Assembly: GCA_963803975.1 (NCBI GenBank) | Contig: CAWDOY010000005.1 | Span: 11,143-75,142, forward strand | Length of the DNA: 64,000 bases | DNA from: an uncultured delta proteobacterium | GTDB lineage: Bacteria > Desulfobacterota > WTBG01 > CAIYCZ01 | Direction: 5' to 3' | Part shown: one piece after another, positions 1 through 9,811 of the stretch | How positions within the stretch are numbered: the stretch's first letter is position 1 | How the letters are laid out: every line of letters starts with the position of its first letter | Notes under the pieces: model-generated | Database searches by the model: none | What the model saw: only the letters and a program-made list of their open reading frames with translations | Told to the model about the DNA's origin: nothing | Position numbers and translations under genes: made by a program

Positions 1-453
1 CAGCTGCAAAAAAAGCCGATCGTTATTGACCGCATGGACGCGGTGCCGCATCGCAGGCTGCAAAAAATAAAAAAGGCCGCAGTGGTGGTGCAGTCCACCC
101 AGAACGCCGAGAATGTTCTGAAAATAATCGATGTGATAAAAGAGGATGTCGGCGAGCTGCAGTTCTTTAATACCATCTGCCAGCCGACCAGAATCCGCCA
201 GGCGGAAATAAGGACCATGCCCCTGGAAAATGATGTGATGGTGATAATCGGCTCCCGCACCAGCGCCAACACGCAGCGCCTGTGTGAAATATCCCATTCC
301 TTGAACAGCAGGACGCACTGCGTTGAATCAAAGCGCGATCTGAAACGCGCATGGTTCAAGGGAGTGCGCAGCGTGGGAGTGGCATCCGGCGCATCAACGC
401 CTGATGCGTCCATACAGGACGTTGTCGACTATCTGCGCAAACTCAGTAAATAG
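1..453 (+). CDS. ispH: 4-hydroxy-3-methylbut-2-enyl diphosphate reductase IspH/LytB, C-terminal part (5' end outside window)
   Basis: Frame 1 is open from nt 1. The translation (...VMVIIGSRTSANTQRLCEI...VGVASGASTPD...) matches the conserved C-terminal third of IspH. Confidence 0.85.
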   Translation, partial: QLQKKPIVIDRMDAVPHRRLQKIKKAAVVVQSTQNAENVLKIIDVIKEDVGELQFFNTICQPTRIRQAEIRTMPLENDVMVIIGSRTSANTQRLCEISHSLNSRTHCVESKRDLKRAWFKGVRSVGVASGASTPDASIQDVVDYLRKLSK

Positions 454-1900
454 GTCTGTTCTTGTTGCTGACAAGGTCTGCGACAATCCGGGAGCTTGCG
501 ATAACAACCGGCAAGCCGCCTCCCGGCTGCGTGCTGCCCCCGGCATAATAAAGCCCCGGCAGGTCCGGGTCGATGTTGGGAGGCCGGAAAAACGCGCTCT
601 GCATGAGGGTGTGGGACAGGCCGAAGGTAGCGCCATGGAGCAGGTTATAGCGGGTGGTGAAGTCCTGCGGGTAAAAAATGTGCTCCACCTCTATTAATTC
701 TTCCAGGTTGATTCCCGTCATCCGGTAAATCTTTTCAAAAACAATCTTCCTCAACCGCTGCTCGTGCTGATAAAAATCCTCTTTCGGATTATCGAGGTTC
801 GGCAGCGGCACCAGCAGATACACGATGTCCCTGCCCGCGGGAGCAAGCGACGGGTCGGTAACGGTCGGCACATGGATGTAGAGCGAGGGGTCATCGGGTA
901 TTATTTTATCCGTGAAAATCTGTTGGACGTTTTTTTTCAAATCCTGCGCGAACAGCAGATTATGGTGGCTCAGCCCCGCTACCTTTGTTTTAAGGCCGAG
1001 ATACATGAGGTAGGTAGAGCAGGAATAGTCATACCGGGGAATGCTTCGCGATAAGAGCTTGTTCTGCGCGTACGGGTAATCCGCATTGACCACGATGGTA
1101 TCATAGTGCAGATCGTTTCCGGCCGCGCTGAGCTGCAATCCATTGCTGTTGCGCCCGATTTTCTGCACCTCGCAGTCATAGTGAAAGGTCGCCCCGAACT
1201 TCCTGCAGAGCTTCTCCAGCGCGAGCGGTATCTGATACATGCCGCCGCGGGGGTGAAAGATCTTCTGCACATGGTCGGCGTACGTTATGACGCTGTAAAA
1301 CGCCGGCGCGTCAAACGGTGACACGCCGATGAACATTGATTCAAAGGTAAAAGCATAGCAGAGCTTGTCGCTTGAGAAAAACCGTTTGGCGAATTTCCAG
1401 TACGACTCCAGGGCTCTTAATTTTTTAATCAGCAGCCAGTACTGGGGATTGATGAGCGCTTTTTTGGTATAGCAGTTATTCATGAGCGGCCGCACGGTGT
1501 CATAAATGCGGGCGGTCTCTGCTATGAAGGCATCAAACGCGCGGCTGCTGCCTTTTTCTATCTTCTCCAGTTCCTGCTTTGTTTTTTCGCTGTCCCGGTA
1601 CACGGTAAAGGCCGTGCCGTCCGGATAAAATATCTTGTAGTGCTCGTCCAACGGCATGAAGTCAAGGTAGTCCGCAAGCTTCTCTCCGCAGAAAGTAAAC
1701 AGCTCTTCAAAGAAATCGGGCATGAGCACAAACGAGGGCCCGGTATCAAACAGAAAGCCCCGGTCTTCTATGATATTGTTGCGCCCGCCGCAGCGCGAGA
1801 GCTTTTCAAAAACTTCCACATCATTGCCGAGATATGCCAGCCGCGCTGCTGTTGCCAGCCCTCCCACTCCCGCACCCACAATGGCCGTCTTTTTTTTCAT
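443..1900 (-). CDS. FAD-dependent phytoene-desaturase-family oxidoreductase (CrtI/CrtD-like)
   Basis: 485-aa ORF with an N-terminal dinucleotide-binding motif (IVGAGVGGLATAARLA) and full-length CrtI-family architecture. It overlaps the ispH end convergently by 11 nt. Confidence 0.8.
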   Translation of the reverse strand: MKKKTAIVGAGVGGLATAARLAYLGNDVEVFEKLSRCGGRNNIIEDRGFLFDTGPSFVLMPDFFEELFTFCGEKLADYLDFMPLDEHYKIFYPDGTAFTVYRDSEKTKQELEKIEKGSSRAFDAFIAETARIYDTVRPLMNNCYTKKALINPQYWLLIKKLRALESYWKFAKRFFSSDKLCYAFTFESMFIGVSPFDAPAFYSVITYADHVQKIFHPRGGMYQIPLALEKLCRKFGATFHYDCEVQKIGRNSNGLQLSAAGNDLHYDTIVVNADYPYAQNKLLSRSIPRYDYSCSTYLMYLGLKTKVAGLSHHNLLFAQDLKKNVQQIFTDKIIPDDPSLYIHVPTVTDPSLAPAGRDIVYLLVPLPNLDNPKEDFYQHEQRLRKIVFEKIYRMTGINLEELIEVEHIFYPQDFTTRYNLLHGATFGLSHTLMQSAFFRPPNIDPDLPGLYYAGGSTQPGGGLPVVIASSRIVADLVSNKNRPIY

Positions 1901-2002
1901 GGCAGTGCTCCTTCTGCACGGTTTAAAGCGTTGTTATTATGGTATAAACGAGCTCCCCTGCTGCTGTCAATAACCGTTAAATCGCTGCCCGGATGAACGG
2001 GT

Positions 2003-2455
2003 TTATTTCAACTCTATTGCTATGGTCATCTGTGGGGCATTGAGCGTGAAAGCAGCTCTGGCAAAAGACGGCGGCCCGAACCGCCCCCGCGCATTGTTCG
2101 AGAACCCGTACAGCTCAACCGGCATGCCGGCAAAATTGGTATCCAGTTTTGAGTTTTCATTTTCATCATGGAAAGCCTTGATGCTGTATTTGCCGTACGG
2201 CATGTTTTTAAATACCCATTCAGCCTTTTTGCTTTTTAGTTCAGCCGCGGCAGTGCAGAACTCTTTCATTTTGCCGGTATATTCATCCTCAGAACGGCAC
2301 GCACAGAGCTTTACCGTGCCCTGATCATTCTTAACTCCCGTCAGCTGCACCGTAATGCTTCCTGTTTGATTATTTAATATATGAGCATCCTCTGCATGAG
2401 AAGTTTCAATCGACAAAAAGACTATTAAAAAAAACAGTGCGATAGCGTGTCTCAT
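2003..2455 (-). CDS. secreted DUF2141-family protein
   Basis: 150-aa ORF with a signal peptide (MRHAIALFFLIVFLSIETSHA) and a typical DUF2141 core (...YSIKAFHDENENSKLDTNFAGMPVELYGFSNNARGRFGPPSF...). Confidence 0.7.
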   Translation of the reverse strand: MRHAIALFFLIVFLSIETSHAEDAHILNNQTGSITVQLTGVKNDQGTVKLCACRSEDEYTGKMKEFCTAAAELKSKKAEWVFKNMPYGKYSIKAFHDENENSKLDTNFAGMPVELYGFSNNARGRFGPPSFARAAFTLNAPQMTIAIELK

Positions 2456-2494
2456 GATTATTTTCCCCGTCTGGTTGAATATAAAAGCATGGTT

Positions 2495-3724
2495 TTAGCC
2501 CACGGTTTTCTCAAGAAAGCGGTTAAACCGTTCAACAACATTATACCTGCTGAATATATATTTCATTTTCTGCGCTGCTTCACGATAGGCTGATTCCTCA
2601 ATCAGCATCTTCACCGCCTGCCGGACTTTCTCTGCGCTAAGGCTCCCGCTGCGCAGCAGAATACCGCAGCCCGCTTTTTCAATGGCGGTCATCGCCAGAT
2701 ACTGGTCAAAATTTGTCGGAATGCCGAGCACCGGCGCCCCTTCACTCAGGGCCTGGTATGCCGTGCCGGCTCCGCCATTGCAAATAACCATCGCGGAGCG
2801 CCTGGCGGCGATGTCACCCGGAACAAATTCACCGGCATGGACGTGCTCATCCTTTACTGTTGTATCATATCTCCCGGCTGTGGCAGCCAGGATTGTTACC
2901 GGGAGGTCACGGAGACCTTTTAATATTGCAGGGAGCAGTGTTACTTTTCCCGATGAACCCATGTTTACATAAATAAGCGGGCGCGATCCATCAATTTCAT
3001 TCCACCTTGAAGGCGTCGCCATGTCCGGTGACCACAGAATCGGGCCGAGAAAAATATGCGTGTCAGGATAATTCTTCAGCGGTATAAGCTCCGCTGCGTC
3101 AGCATACAGGGTAAAATCCCCCCAGGTGAGCATTTCAGGCAGACTGCCAATCGCCGGCAGCCCGAATTCCCGGCGCACCCGGTTAAGCGGTTGCGTAAAC
3201 CGCGAGAAAAAGGCGGGAAGCGCCTTCGGGAAATAGCGCGCCGCAATCTTTTCCCCCAGCAGCCGCACCATAAAGTGGTCCGGCAGGGGAAAGGAATCAC
3301 GCACGGCAAACGGGCTCCAGTAGGCATTAATCAGCGCGGCATAGGGCACCTGGCAGACCGGCGCACTCACCGCAAGGGAAAACCGCGCATCACCGATGAT
3401 AATATCCGGTTTCACTGCCTCTATTAATTGCCGGTCTGCTGCAACATACCGCCGCAGCAGCTTTTCAGTATAAAATGATTTCCCCTTTTCAGCAGCTGAC
3501 AAGAACGTTTTCTTATCCATCGTGAAAAGCTGCCATTGCTGAAAGGATGTCCGGCCGAAGATTATCGGGTCAAATTCAGAGCAGGCAAAATGCACCTCGT
3601 ACTTCTGTCGATCCAGGCCCCGTGCCAGCACCAGCAGGCGCACCAACTGCGAGAGGGTGGTGTTCTCTACAACAAACAAAATGCGTTTCAGCTGCCTTGA
3701 TGGTCCTTCTGCCACACTATTCAT
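2495..3724 (-). CDS. GT1 (MGT/UDP-glycosyltransferase family) glycosyltransferase, CrtX-like by context
   Basis: 409-aa ORF with a C-terminal nucleotide-sugar binding signature (...ICNGGAGTAYQALSEGAPVLGIPTNFDQ...). It lies between the crtZ-like and crtI-like genes. Confidence 0.7.
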   Translation of the reverse strand: MNSVAEGPSRQLKRILFVVENTTLSQLVRLLVLARGLDRQKYEVHFACSEFDPIIFGRTSFQQWQLFTMDKKTFLSAAEKGKSFYTEKLLRRYVAADRQLIEAVKPDIIIGDARFSLAVSAPVCQVPYAALINAYWSPFAVRDSFPLPDHFMVRLLGEKIAARYFPKALPAFFSRFTQPLNRVRREFGLPAIGSLPEMLTWGDFTLYADAAELIPLKNYPDTHIFLGPILWSPDMATPSRWNEIDGSRPLIYVNMGSSGKVTLLPAILKGLRDLPVTILAATAGRYDTTVKDEHVHAGEFVPGDIAARRSAMVICNGGAGTAYQALSEGAPVLGIPTNFDQYLAMTAIEKAGCGILLRSGSLSAEKVRQAVKMLIEESAYREAAQKMKYIFSRYNVVERFNRFLEKTVG

Positions 3725-3753
3725 GCGAAAGATTTATAAAGCGTGCCATTATT

Positions 3754-4203
3754 CTAATCAGCATCATATCTGCTGCTGGCAAATAAAAAGCCGAATGCCA
3801 CTTCCTGCTGCTGATAGAATTTCTGGTGATGCGTAGCGTGGGCATTGATAATACGCTGCAGATATCTTGTCCCGGGTTTCAATTTCAGGAATTTTATTCT
3901 TCTATGAAACATGACATCGTGAAACAAAAAATAGCAAACACCGTACAGCGTGACGCCTATGCCAGCGACAAGCACCAGCGGCATCGCATAGGTTGTCCCA
4001 TAATATATTAGTACAATTGCGATCGAGCTGAAAAACAGGGTGAATATATCATTTTTTTCCAGCCAGCGTTCATGATAGCGGTGATGATCCTCGTGCAGAA
4101 TCCACAGAAACCCGTGCATGACATACTTGTGCATGAACCAGGCAAAGAATTCCATAAACATAAAGGCACCGGTTATAACCATTGCAAATAATACTATCTT
4201 CAT
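3754..4203 (-). CDS. crtZ: beta-carotene hydroxylase-like di-iron membrane hydroxylase (CrtZ family)
   Basis: 149-aa ORF that aligns by eye along its length with CrtZ. It has histidine boxes HEDHH, HDVMFH and HATHH and four hydrophobic segments. Confidence 0.75.
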   Translation of the reverse strand: MKIVLFAMVITGAFMFMEFFAWFMHKYVMHGFLWILHEDHHRYHERWLEKNDIFTLFFSSIAIVLIYYGTTYAMPLVLVAGIGVTLYGVCYFLFHDVMFHRRIKFLKLKPGTRYLQRIINAHATHHQKFYQQQEVAFGFLFASSRYDAD

Positions 4204-4466
4204 GGCATTCCTTTCATCTCATACTGTTGGAGATATATTTATTTTATATGCTTTTTATATCGTCAATACCAAGCAATAAAGAGCTGTGCTATGGAAGATG
4301 TCATCCTTTTTTTATATTAATTACATTTGGGTTTTACTGTTAATACATGCCGGCTAATGGTATATTTAAAAATATAGCTTATACTATATGGCTCTGATAT
4401 AATCAATTCCTTGAAAAATTACACGAAGTTAATTTGTGCATACCTCCTGGAGCATAGAGTGCCGCC

Positions 4467-5798
4467 ATGGAAAACAGGCTCATATACACCGTTTCTGAAT
4501 TAACCGCTCAGATAAAAGACTCCCTTGAAACTCTTTTTCCCAACATCTGGGTTGAAGGTGAGGTGTCAAACCTGCGCATCCCCTCCTCCGGCCACTACTA
4601 TTTCACCCTGAAAGACCCCCAGTGCCAGATGCGTGCCGTCATGTTCCGCTCCCAGCAGCGTTCGCTGCAGTTCACGCTCGAAGACGGCATGGCGGTTGCC
4701 TGCCGGGGCAGGGTTAATGTCTATGAGCCGCGCGGTGAATACCAGCTGCTCATTGAAGCCCTGGAGCCGAAAGGCAAAGGCGCTCTCCAGGTCGCCTTTG
4801 AACAGCTGAAAAAAAAGCTGCAGGAAGAGGGCCTGTTTGACGCTGCCCGCAAGAAGCCCCTGCCGCTGCTCCCCGCACTAATTGCCCTCATCACGTCCCC
4901 GACCGGCGCGGCAGTGCGCGATATTCTGAATATCCTGAACCGGAGATTTCCCAATCTTGAGATTCTGATTGTACCGGTAAACGTGCAGGGAGAAGAAGCC
5001 CCAGGTGAAATCGTCGAGGCGCTGAAGCTGGTAAATGCCGAGCAGGCAGCGGATGTTATCATCGTGACCCGGGGCGGCGGATCGCTTGAAGACTTATGGG
5101 CCTTTAATACTGAACAGGTGGCCCGGGCGATCTATAATTCCCGCATCCCGGTTGTTTCGGCCGTCGGTCATGAAATAGATTTTACCATTGCCGATTTTGT
5201 TGCTGACCTGCGCGCTCCTACTCCATCAGCGGCCGCCGAGCTCGTGGTAAAAGATAAAAAAGATCTCGTGCAGCTGCTCTCGCACTACCGCCTACGCCTG
5301 CGCAAATCCCTGTCCCACTGCGTGCAGCAGGAGAAAGCGAGAATGCGCTATTTTGCCCTGCGCCTCCAGTCCCCGGGAAAGCGGCTGGTGCAGCCCCGGA
5401 TTCAGTGTGACGACTTGCACGCGCGTCTGGCAACGGCCATGCTGAACCAATACCGGGAGAACCGGGCCCTGGTCCGCCATCGTCACGATACCATACTCCT
5501 GCGCTCTCCGCAGCGGCTGCTTGAAAATAACCGGAGCACGCTTCGCTTTCTGGAGAAAGCGCTGAAACAGCTTCCGCACGCTCTTTCAGATCAATGCAGG
5601 AGCAGGTTGAAAAATGCCATTGAAAAGTTGAACGTCCTCAGTCCCTTGAATATTCTCGAGCGCGGCTACTCTATCACCCGGCTCGCAGCTTCCGGAGCCA
5701 TTGTAAAAAGCGCCCGGCAGCTTCATGCCGGAGACAGCCTGGATATAAAGCTCAAGACCGGGGAAGCTTATTGCATTGTGGATAAGGTCGTACTATAA
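4467..5798 (+). CDS. xseA: exodeoxyribonuclease VII large subunit
   Basis: 443-aa ORF with an N-terminal OB-fold region (VSELTAQIKDSLE...IWVEGEVSN...SGHYYFTLKD) and a catalytic region (GGGSLEDLWAFN), followed by xseB. Confidence 0.92.
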   Translation: MENRLIYTVSELTAQIKDSLETLFPNIWVEGEVSNLRIPSSGHYYFTLKDPQCQMRAVMFRSQQRSLQFTLEDGMAVACRGRVNVYEPRGEYQLLIEALEPKGKGALQVAFEQLKKKLQEEGLFDAARKKPLPLLPALIALITSPTGAAVRDILNILNRRFPNLEILIVPVNVQGEEAPGEIVEALKLVNAEQAADVIIVTRGGGSLEDLWAFNTEQVARAIYNSRIPVVSAVGHEIDFTIADFVADLRAPTPSAAAELVVKDKKDLVQLLSHYRLRLRKSLSHCVQQEKARMRYFALRLQSPGKRLVQPRIQCDDLHARLATAMLNQYRENRALVRHRHDTILLRSPQRLLENNRSTLRFLEKALKQLPHALSDQCRSRLKNAIEKLNVLSPLNILERGYSITRLAASGAIVKSARQLHAGDSLDIKLKTGEAYCIVDKVVL

Positions 5799-5974
5799 TC
5801 AATTATTAACCGCGAAGGCCGCCGAGATAGATAATGTATTTTGCTCGTAGAGAGCCTGCATAAATCATACAATGCATTTTTAATTATTTTCTCTGCGACC
5901 TCTGCCATTCGGCCCCGAGTTGCTCATGGCCGAGGGGCTATCTCTGCGGTAAATTACTTTTAAGGTAAAAAACA

Positions 5975-6217
5975 ATGGCAAAAAAACGATTTGAAGAAGC
6001 GCTGCAGGAGCTTGAATCCATTGTGCAGCGGCTCGAGGATGGCAATCTGTCCCTGGATGATTCGCTGGCGCTGTTTGAAGAGGGGATTAAGCTCTCACGG
6101 CTTTGTGCTCAGCGACTTGATGAAGCTGAGAAAAAAATAGAGCTGCTCTTAAAAGATGAAACCGGCGCCCTGTACCGGCAGCCCTTTACCCCGGAGGATG
6201 AAAACGCTGATACCTGA
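5975..6217 (+). CDS. xseB: exodeoxyribonuclease VII small subunit
   Basis: 80-aa ORF (FEEALQELESIVQRLEDGNLSLDDSLALFEEGIKL) typical of XseB. Confidence 0.92.
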   Translation: MAKKRFEEALQELESIVQRLEDGNLSLDDSLALFEEGIKLSRLCAQRLDEAEKKIELLLKDETGALYRQPFTPEDENADT

Positions 6218-6267
6218 GATGATTGTGTGCGCGCAGGCGCGCTGTTCAGGTTGTCTCCTGTTACTCG

Positions 6268-7157
6268 ATGGACTTGCAGAAATATCTTGCTGAAAAAAAG
6301 GCCGCTGTTGATCAGGCGCTTGAAACCGTAATCGCTCCTGAATCAACATACCCTGTCAGTATCCACAAAGCCATGCGCTACTGCCTCTTTGCCGGGGGCA
6401 AGCGGCTGCGGCCGATACTTGCCCTTGCCGCAGCCGAGGCGGTCGGGGGGGACGGGCGGACCATTCTCAGGGAAGCATGCGCTCTTGAGCTTGTCCACAC
6501 CTATTCTCTGGTGCATGATGACCTGCCGGCAATGGACAACGATGACTATCGGAGAGGTGTTCCGACAACGCATACCGTGTTCGGCGAAGCGCTGGCAATT
6601 CTTGCCGGTGACGCACTGCTTACAGAAGCCTTTAAGCTCCTTGCAGGCGGGAGGAACTCCGGGCAGCATACAGCAGCGCAGCTTCTATCCATAATAGAGC
6701 TTCTTGCCGAGGCCTGCGGTTCACGGGGGCTCATCGGCGGACAGGTCGTAGACCTCGAGTCAGAGGGCAAGGCCATTGACGCGAGCGTTCTTGATTATAT
6801 CCATAGCCAAAAAACCGGGAAGCTCATCATCGTATCGGTGGATCTGGAGCACGGCTTGCCGGCGGCTCTCCGAATCAGGTCGAGTGCCTGCGAAGCTACG
6901 GCGCTGCCATAGGCCTTGCGTTCCAGATCGCTGATGATATCCTGGATGTGACAGGCTCAAGCGCTGTCCTGGGGAAAAAAACAGGCAGCGATCAGAAACA
7001 GCAAAAGGCCACCTATCCGGCACTCTGCGGCCTGGAGGAAGCGAGAAGGCGGCAGCGCGCCCTCTGCGAGGATGCGGTGGCAGCGCTTAAAGCATTTGAT
7101 GAAAAGGCCGATCCGCTGCGCTCCATTGCCCGCTATATTATAGAGCGGGATTCATAG
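6268..7157 (+). pseudogene. ispA: farnesyl-diphosphate synthase (IspA), reading frame broken once (true pseudogene or 1-nt assembly error)
   Basis: The N-terminal part (frame 1; MDLQKYL...LVHDDLPAMDNDDYRRG...IHSQKTGKLI) and the C-terminal part (frame 3; RIGGSGARLAGG...YGAAIGLAFQIADDILD...KATYPALCGLEEA) are colinear with IspA. The frame switches at about 6826-6834. Track ORFs 6223..6912 and 6948..7157. Confidence 0.85.
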
Positions 7158-7176
7158 GGAAAGGGATGCATCCGTT

Positions 7177-9096
7177 ATGGAACGATTGCTCGACCGGATC
7201 AATACCCCGCAGGATCTGAAAAAACTGAATTTAAAGCAGCTCACCCCGCTGGCTGAAGAAATCCGCGAGCTCATGGTTGACACCATATCCCGGACCGGGG
7301 GCCATCTTGCCGCAAGTCTGGGGGTGGTTGAACTCACCATCGCACTGCATTATGTTTTCGATACTCCCACTGACAAGCTGGTCTGGGATGTCGGCCATCA
7401 GACCTATGCCCATAAGATTCTCACGGGCAGGAAAGAATCCTTTCCCACCATCCGCCAGCATGGCGGTATTTCCGGCTTCCCCAAACGGGAAGAAAGCCCC
7501 TTTGACAACTTCGGCACCGGACACAGCAGTACGTCCATATCTGCGGCGCTGGGCATGGCGGAAACGTGCGCGCTCTCCGGTGAGGAGCACAAAGTTATCG
7601 CCGTCATCGGTGATGGTTCTCTCATGTCCGGTATTGCCTTTGAGGGCTTAAACCAGGCCGGCCATCTGAAACGGGACTTCATTGTCGTCTTAAATGACAA
7701 TGAGATGTCCATTTCGCCCAACGTGGGAGCGCTCTCATCATACCTGTCACGGCTCATCTCCGGCCAGACCTACAATACCTTCCGGGAGGAGGTGAAGACC
7801 ATCCTGCAGCGCATTCCCGGTATAGGAAAATCAATGTACCGCCTGGCCAAGCATTCCGAGGAGTTTGTCAAAAGTATCTTTGTGCCCGGCCTTATCTTTG
7901 AGGAGCTTGGCTTTAAGTATATAGGTCCCATTCTCGGTCACCGCATAGACCATCTTGTTGATACCTTCAGAAACATAAAAAAGCTGCACGGCCCCCTGCT
8001 GGTGCACATCATCACGAAAAAGGGCAAAGGGTACAAGCCGGCTGAAACCGATCCGGTGCTGTTTCACGGGCTCGGGCCCTTTCAAAAAGAGACCGGACAG
8101 CCTCTGTCAGTCAAGACCGGCGGCCCTTCATATACTAAAGTATTTGGCGATACTCTTACCAGGATCGCCCGGGAGGACAGCCGCATCATTGCACTTACCG
8201 CAGGCATGACCGGCGGTACCGGGCTGGATCAGTTTGCCCGGGAATTTCCTGATCGTTTTTATGACGTGGGGATCGCAGAACAGCATGCCATAACCTTTGC
8301 CGCGGGCATGAGCATTGACGGTTACCGCCCGGTGGTCGCCATCTATTCAACGTTTCTGCAGAGGGCCTATGATCAGATAGTGCATGACGTGTGTCTGCAG
8401 AACCTGCCGGTCATTTTCATGCTGGACCGGGCCGGCATTGTGGGTGAAGACGGCCCCACCCATCACGGCCTGTTCGATATTTCTTACCTCCGGCACATAC
8501 CCAACATGGTCCTGATGGCGCCCAAAGATGAAAATGAGCTGCAGCACATGATCTATACCGCGGTACATCTGAAGTCGCCGGTTGCCATCCGCTATCCGCG
8601 CGGCAACGGGACCAATGTGCCGCTTGATGACTCCTTCCAAAAGCTCTCCGTTGGCAAAGCAGAGCTGCTCAGAGATGGGGCTGCAGCAACAATCTGGGCG
8701 ATCGGTAACACCGTCCACCCGGCGCTGCGTGCAGCAGAACTTCTGGAAGAAGAAGGCATTTCCTGCAGCGTGATAAACGCCCGTTTTGTCAAACCCCTTG
8801 ATGAGGAGCTGCTCTGCAGCCTTGCTGAAAAGAGAGCGCCGCTCATCACGGTTGAAGAAAACGTCCTGCATGGAGGGTTCGGCTCGGCAGTACTTGAAGC
8901 CCTCCAGCGCCATAACCTCACGCAGGTAAAGGTCTCCTGTCTGGGCATACCGGATGAGTTTGTGGAGCAGGGGCCGCAGGCAGTACTGCGCGCGCACCAT
9001 GGCATTGACGCCGAAGGCATTCGCGCGGCCGTAAAAAAATTGCTCTACGGAGAAGACTCTCACCTTGGCCAGTACAAAAAAACAGCCCTTGGATGA
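7177..9096 (+). CDS. dxs: 1-deoxy-D-xylulose-5-phosphate synthase
   Basis: 639-aa ORF with N-terminal MERLLDRINTPQDLKKL..., a TPP-binding GDG(S)...NDN motif (IGDGSLMSGIAFEGLN...VVLNDNEMSI) and a transketolase-like C-terminus. Confidence 0.95.
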   Translation: MERLLDRINTPQDLKKLNLKQLTPLAEEIRELMVDTISRTGGHLAASLGVVELTIALHYVFDTPTDKLVWDVGHQTYAHKILTGRKESFPTIRQHGGISGFPKREESPFDNFGTGHSSTSISAALGMAETCALSGEEHKVIAVIGDGSLMSGIAFEGLNQAGHLKRDFIVVLNDNEMSISPNVGALSSYLSRLISGQTYNTFREEVKTILQRIPGIGKSMYRLAKHSEEFVKSIFVPGLIFEELGFKYIGPILGHRIDHLVDTFRNIKKLHGPLLVHIITKKGKGYKPAETDPVLFHGLGPFQKETGQPLSVKTGGPSYTKVFGDTLTRIAREDSRIIALTAGMTGGTGLDQFAREFPDRFYDVGIAEQHAITFAAGMSIDGYRPVVAIYSTFLQRAYDQIVHDVCLQNLPVIFMLDRAGIVGEDGPTHHGLFDISYLRHIPNMVLMAPKDENELQHMIYTAVHLKSPVAIRYPRGNGTNVPLDDSFQKLSVGKAELLRDGAAATIWAIGNTVHPALRAAELLEEEGISCSVINARFVKPLDEELLCSLAEKRAPLITVEENVLHGGFGSAVLEALQRHNLTQVKVSCLGIPDEFVEQGPQAVLRAHHGIDAEGIRAAVKKLLYGEDSHLGQYKKTALG

Positions 9097-9811
9097 GCTG
9101 CTCGTGAAACAGGGGCTTGCGCTCTCCCTTACCCAGGCCCGCGCGCTTATCATGGCCGGAAAGGTTGTGGTCGATGATCACGCCATTGACAAACCCGGAA
9201 CATTGGTCGCGCTCGCCGCTCAAATCCGCCTTAAAAGCCGCCCCGACCGCTATGTAAGCAGAGGCGGAACCAAGCTTGAAAAACCCCTCGACACCTTTAA
9301 CATTGACGTTACCGGTAAAGTCGTAATGGATGTGGGTGCTTCCACCGGCGGCTTTACCGACTGCCTCCTGCAACGGGGTGCTCGAACCGTTTATGCAATC
9401 GATGTGGGCTATGGCCAGCTTGCCTGGAAGCTCAGAGAAGACCCTCGCGTGATACCACTTGAGCGAACCAATATCTGCAACCTTACCGCGCAGGATATTC
9501 CTGCCCCGCCTGATCTCGCGGTCATTGACGTATCATTTACCTCGCTGAAAAAAATCTGGCCGCCGGTCATCGCCCTTCTGAAGCCGCAGGGAGAGCTGCT
9601 GAGCCTGGTGAAGCCGCAGTTTGAGGCAAATAAAAAGGATGTTGAGGCAGGGGGATTGATACGAAGCATAAAAAAATATCAGGAAGTCATGCAGACCATG
9701 GTCGAGACCGCGTGCGCCCTGTCACTGCATGTCGTCGGCATCATGGAGTCGCCCGTTAGGGGGCAGAAAGGAAACCGGGAATTCTTTTTGTGCGCGGTAA
9801 AGAAGGCTTAA
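9065..9811 (+). CDS. tlyA: TlyA-family rRNA 2'-O-methyltransferase (hemolysin A-like)
   Basis: 248-aa ORF with an S4-like N-terminus (LDELLVKQGLALSLTQARALIMAGKV) and a SAM-binding motif (VVMDVGASTGGFTDCLLQRGA). This is the conserved position after dxs. Confidence 0.9.
   Translation: MASTKKQPLDELLVKQGLALSLTQARALIMAGKVVVDDHAIDKPGTLVALAAQIRLKSRPDRYVSRGGTKLEKPLDTFNIDVTGKVVMDVGASTGGFTDCLLQRGARTVYAIDVGYGQLAWKLREDPRVIPLERTNICNLTAQDIPAPPDLAVIDVSFTSLKKIWPPVIALLKPQGELLSLVKPQFEANKKDVEAGGLIRSIKKYQEVMQTMVETACALSLHVVGIMESPVRGQKGNREFFLCAVKKA

Noticed and set aside
8347-9153. 268-aa ORF on the minus strand opposite dxs/tlyA. Similar long antisense ORFs exist elsewhere, e.g. 14481-15169 (+) opposite pnp, 16335-16826 (+) opposite truB, 19292-20268 (+) opposite infB, and 56427-57187 (-) opposite the Y1 transposase.
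   Set aside because: Each lies entirely within a gene whose product is unmistakably conserved on the other strand. Their translations are low-complexity (Arg/Ala/Ser/Pro-rich) with no recognisable motifs, which is typical of shadow ORFs.
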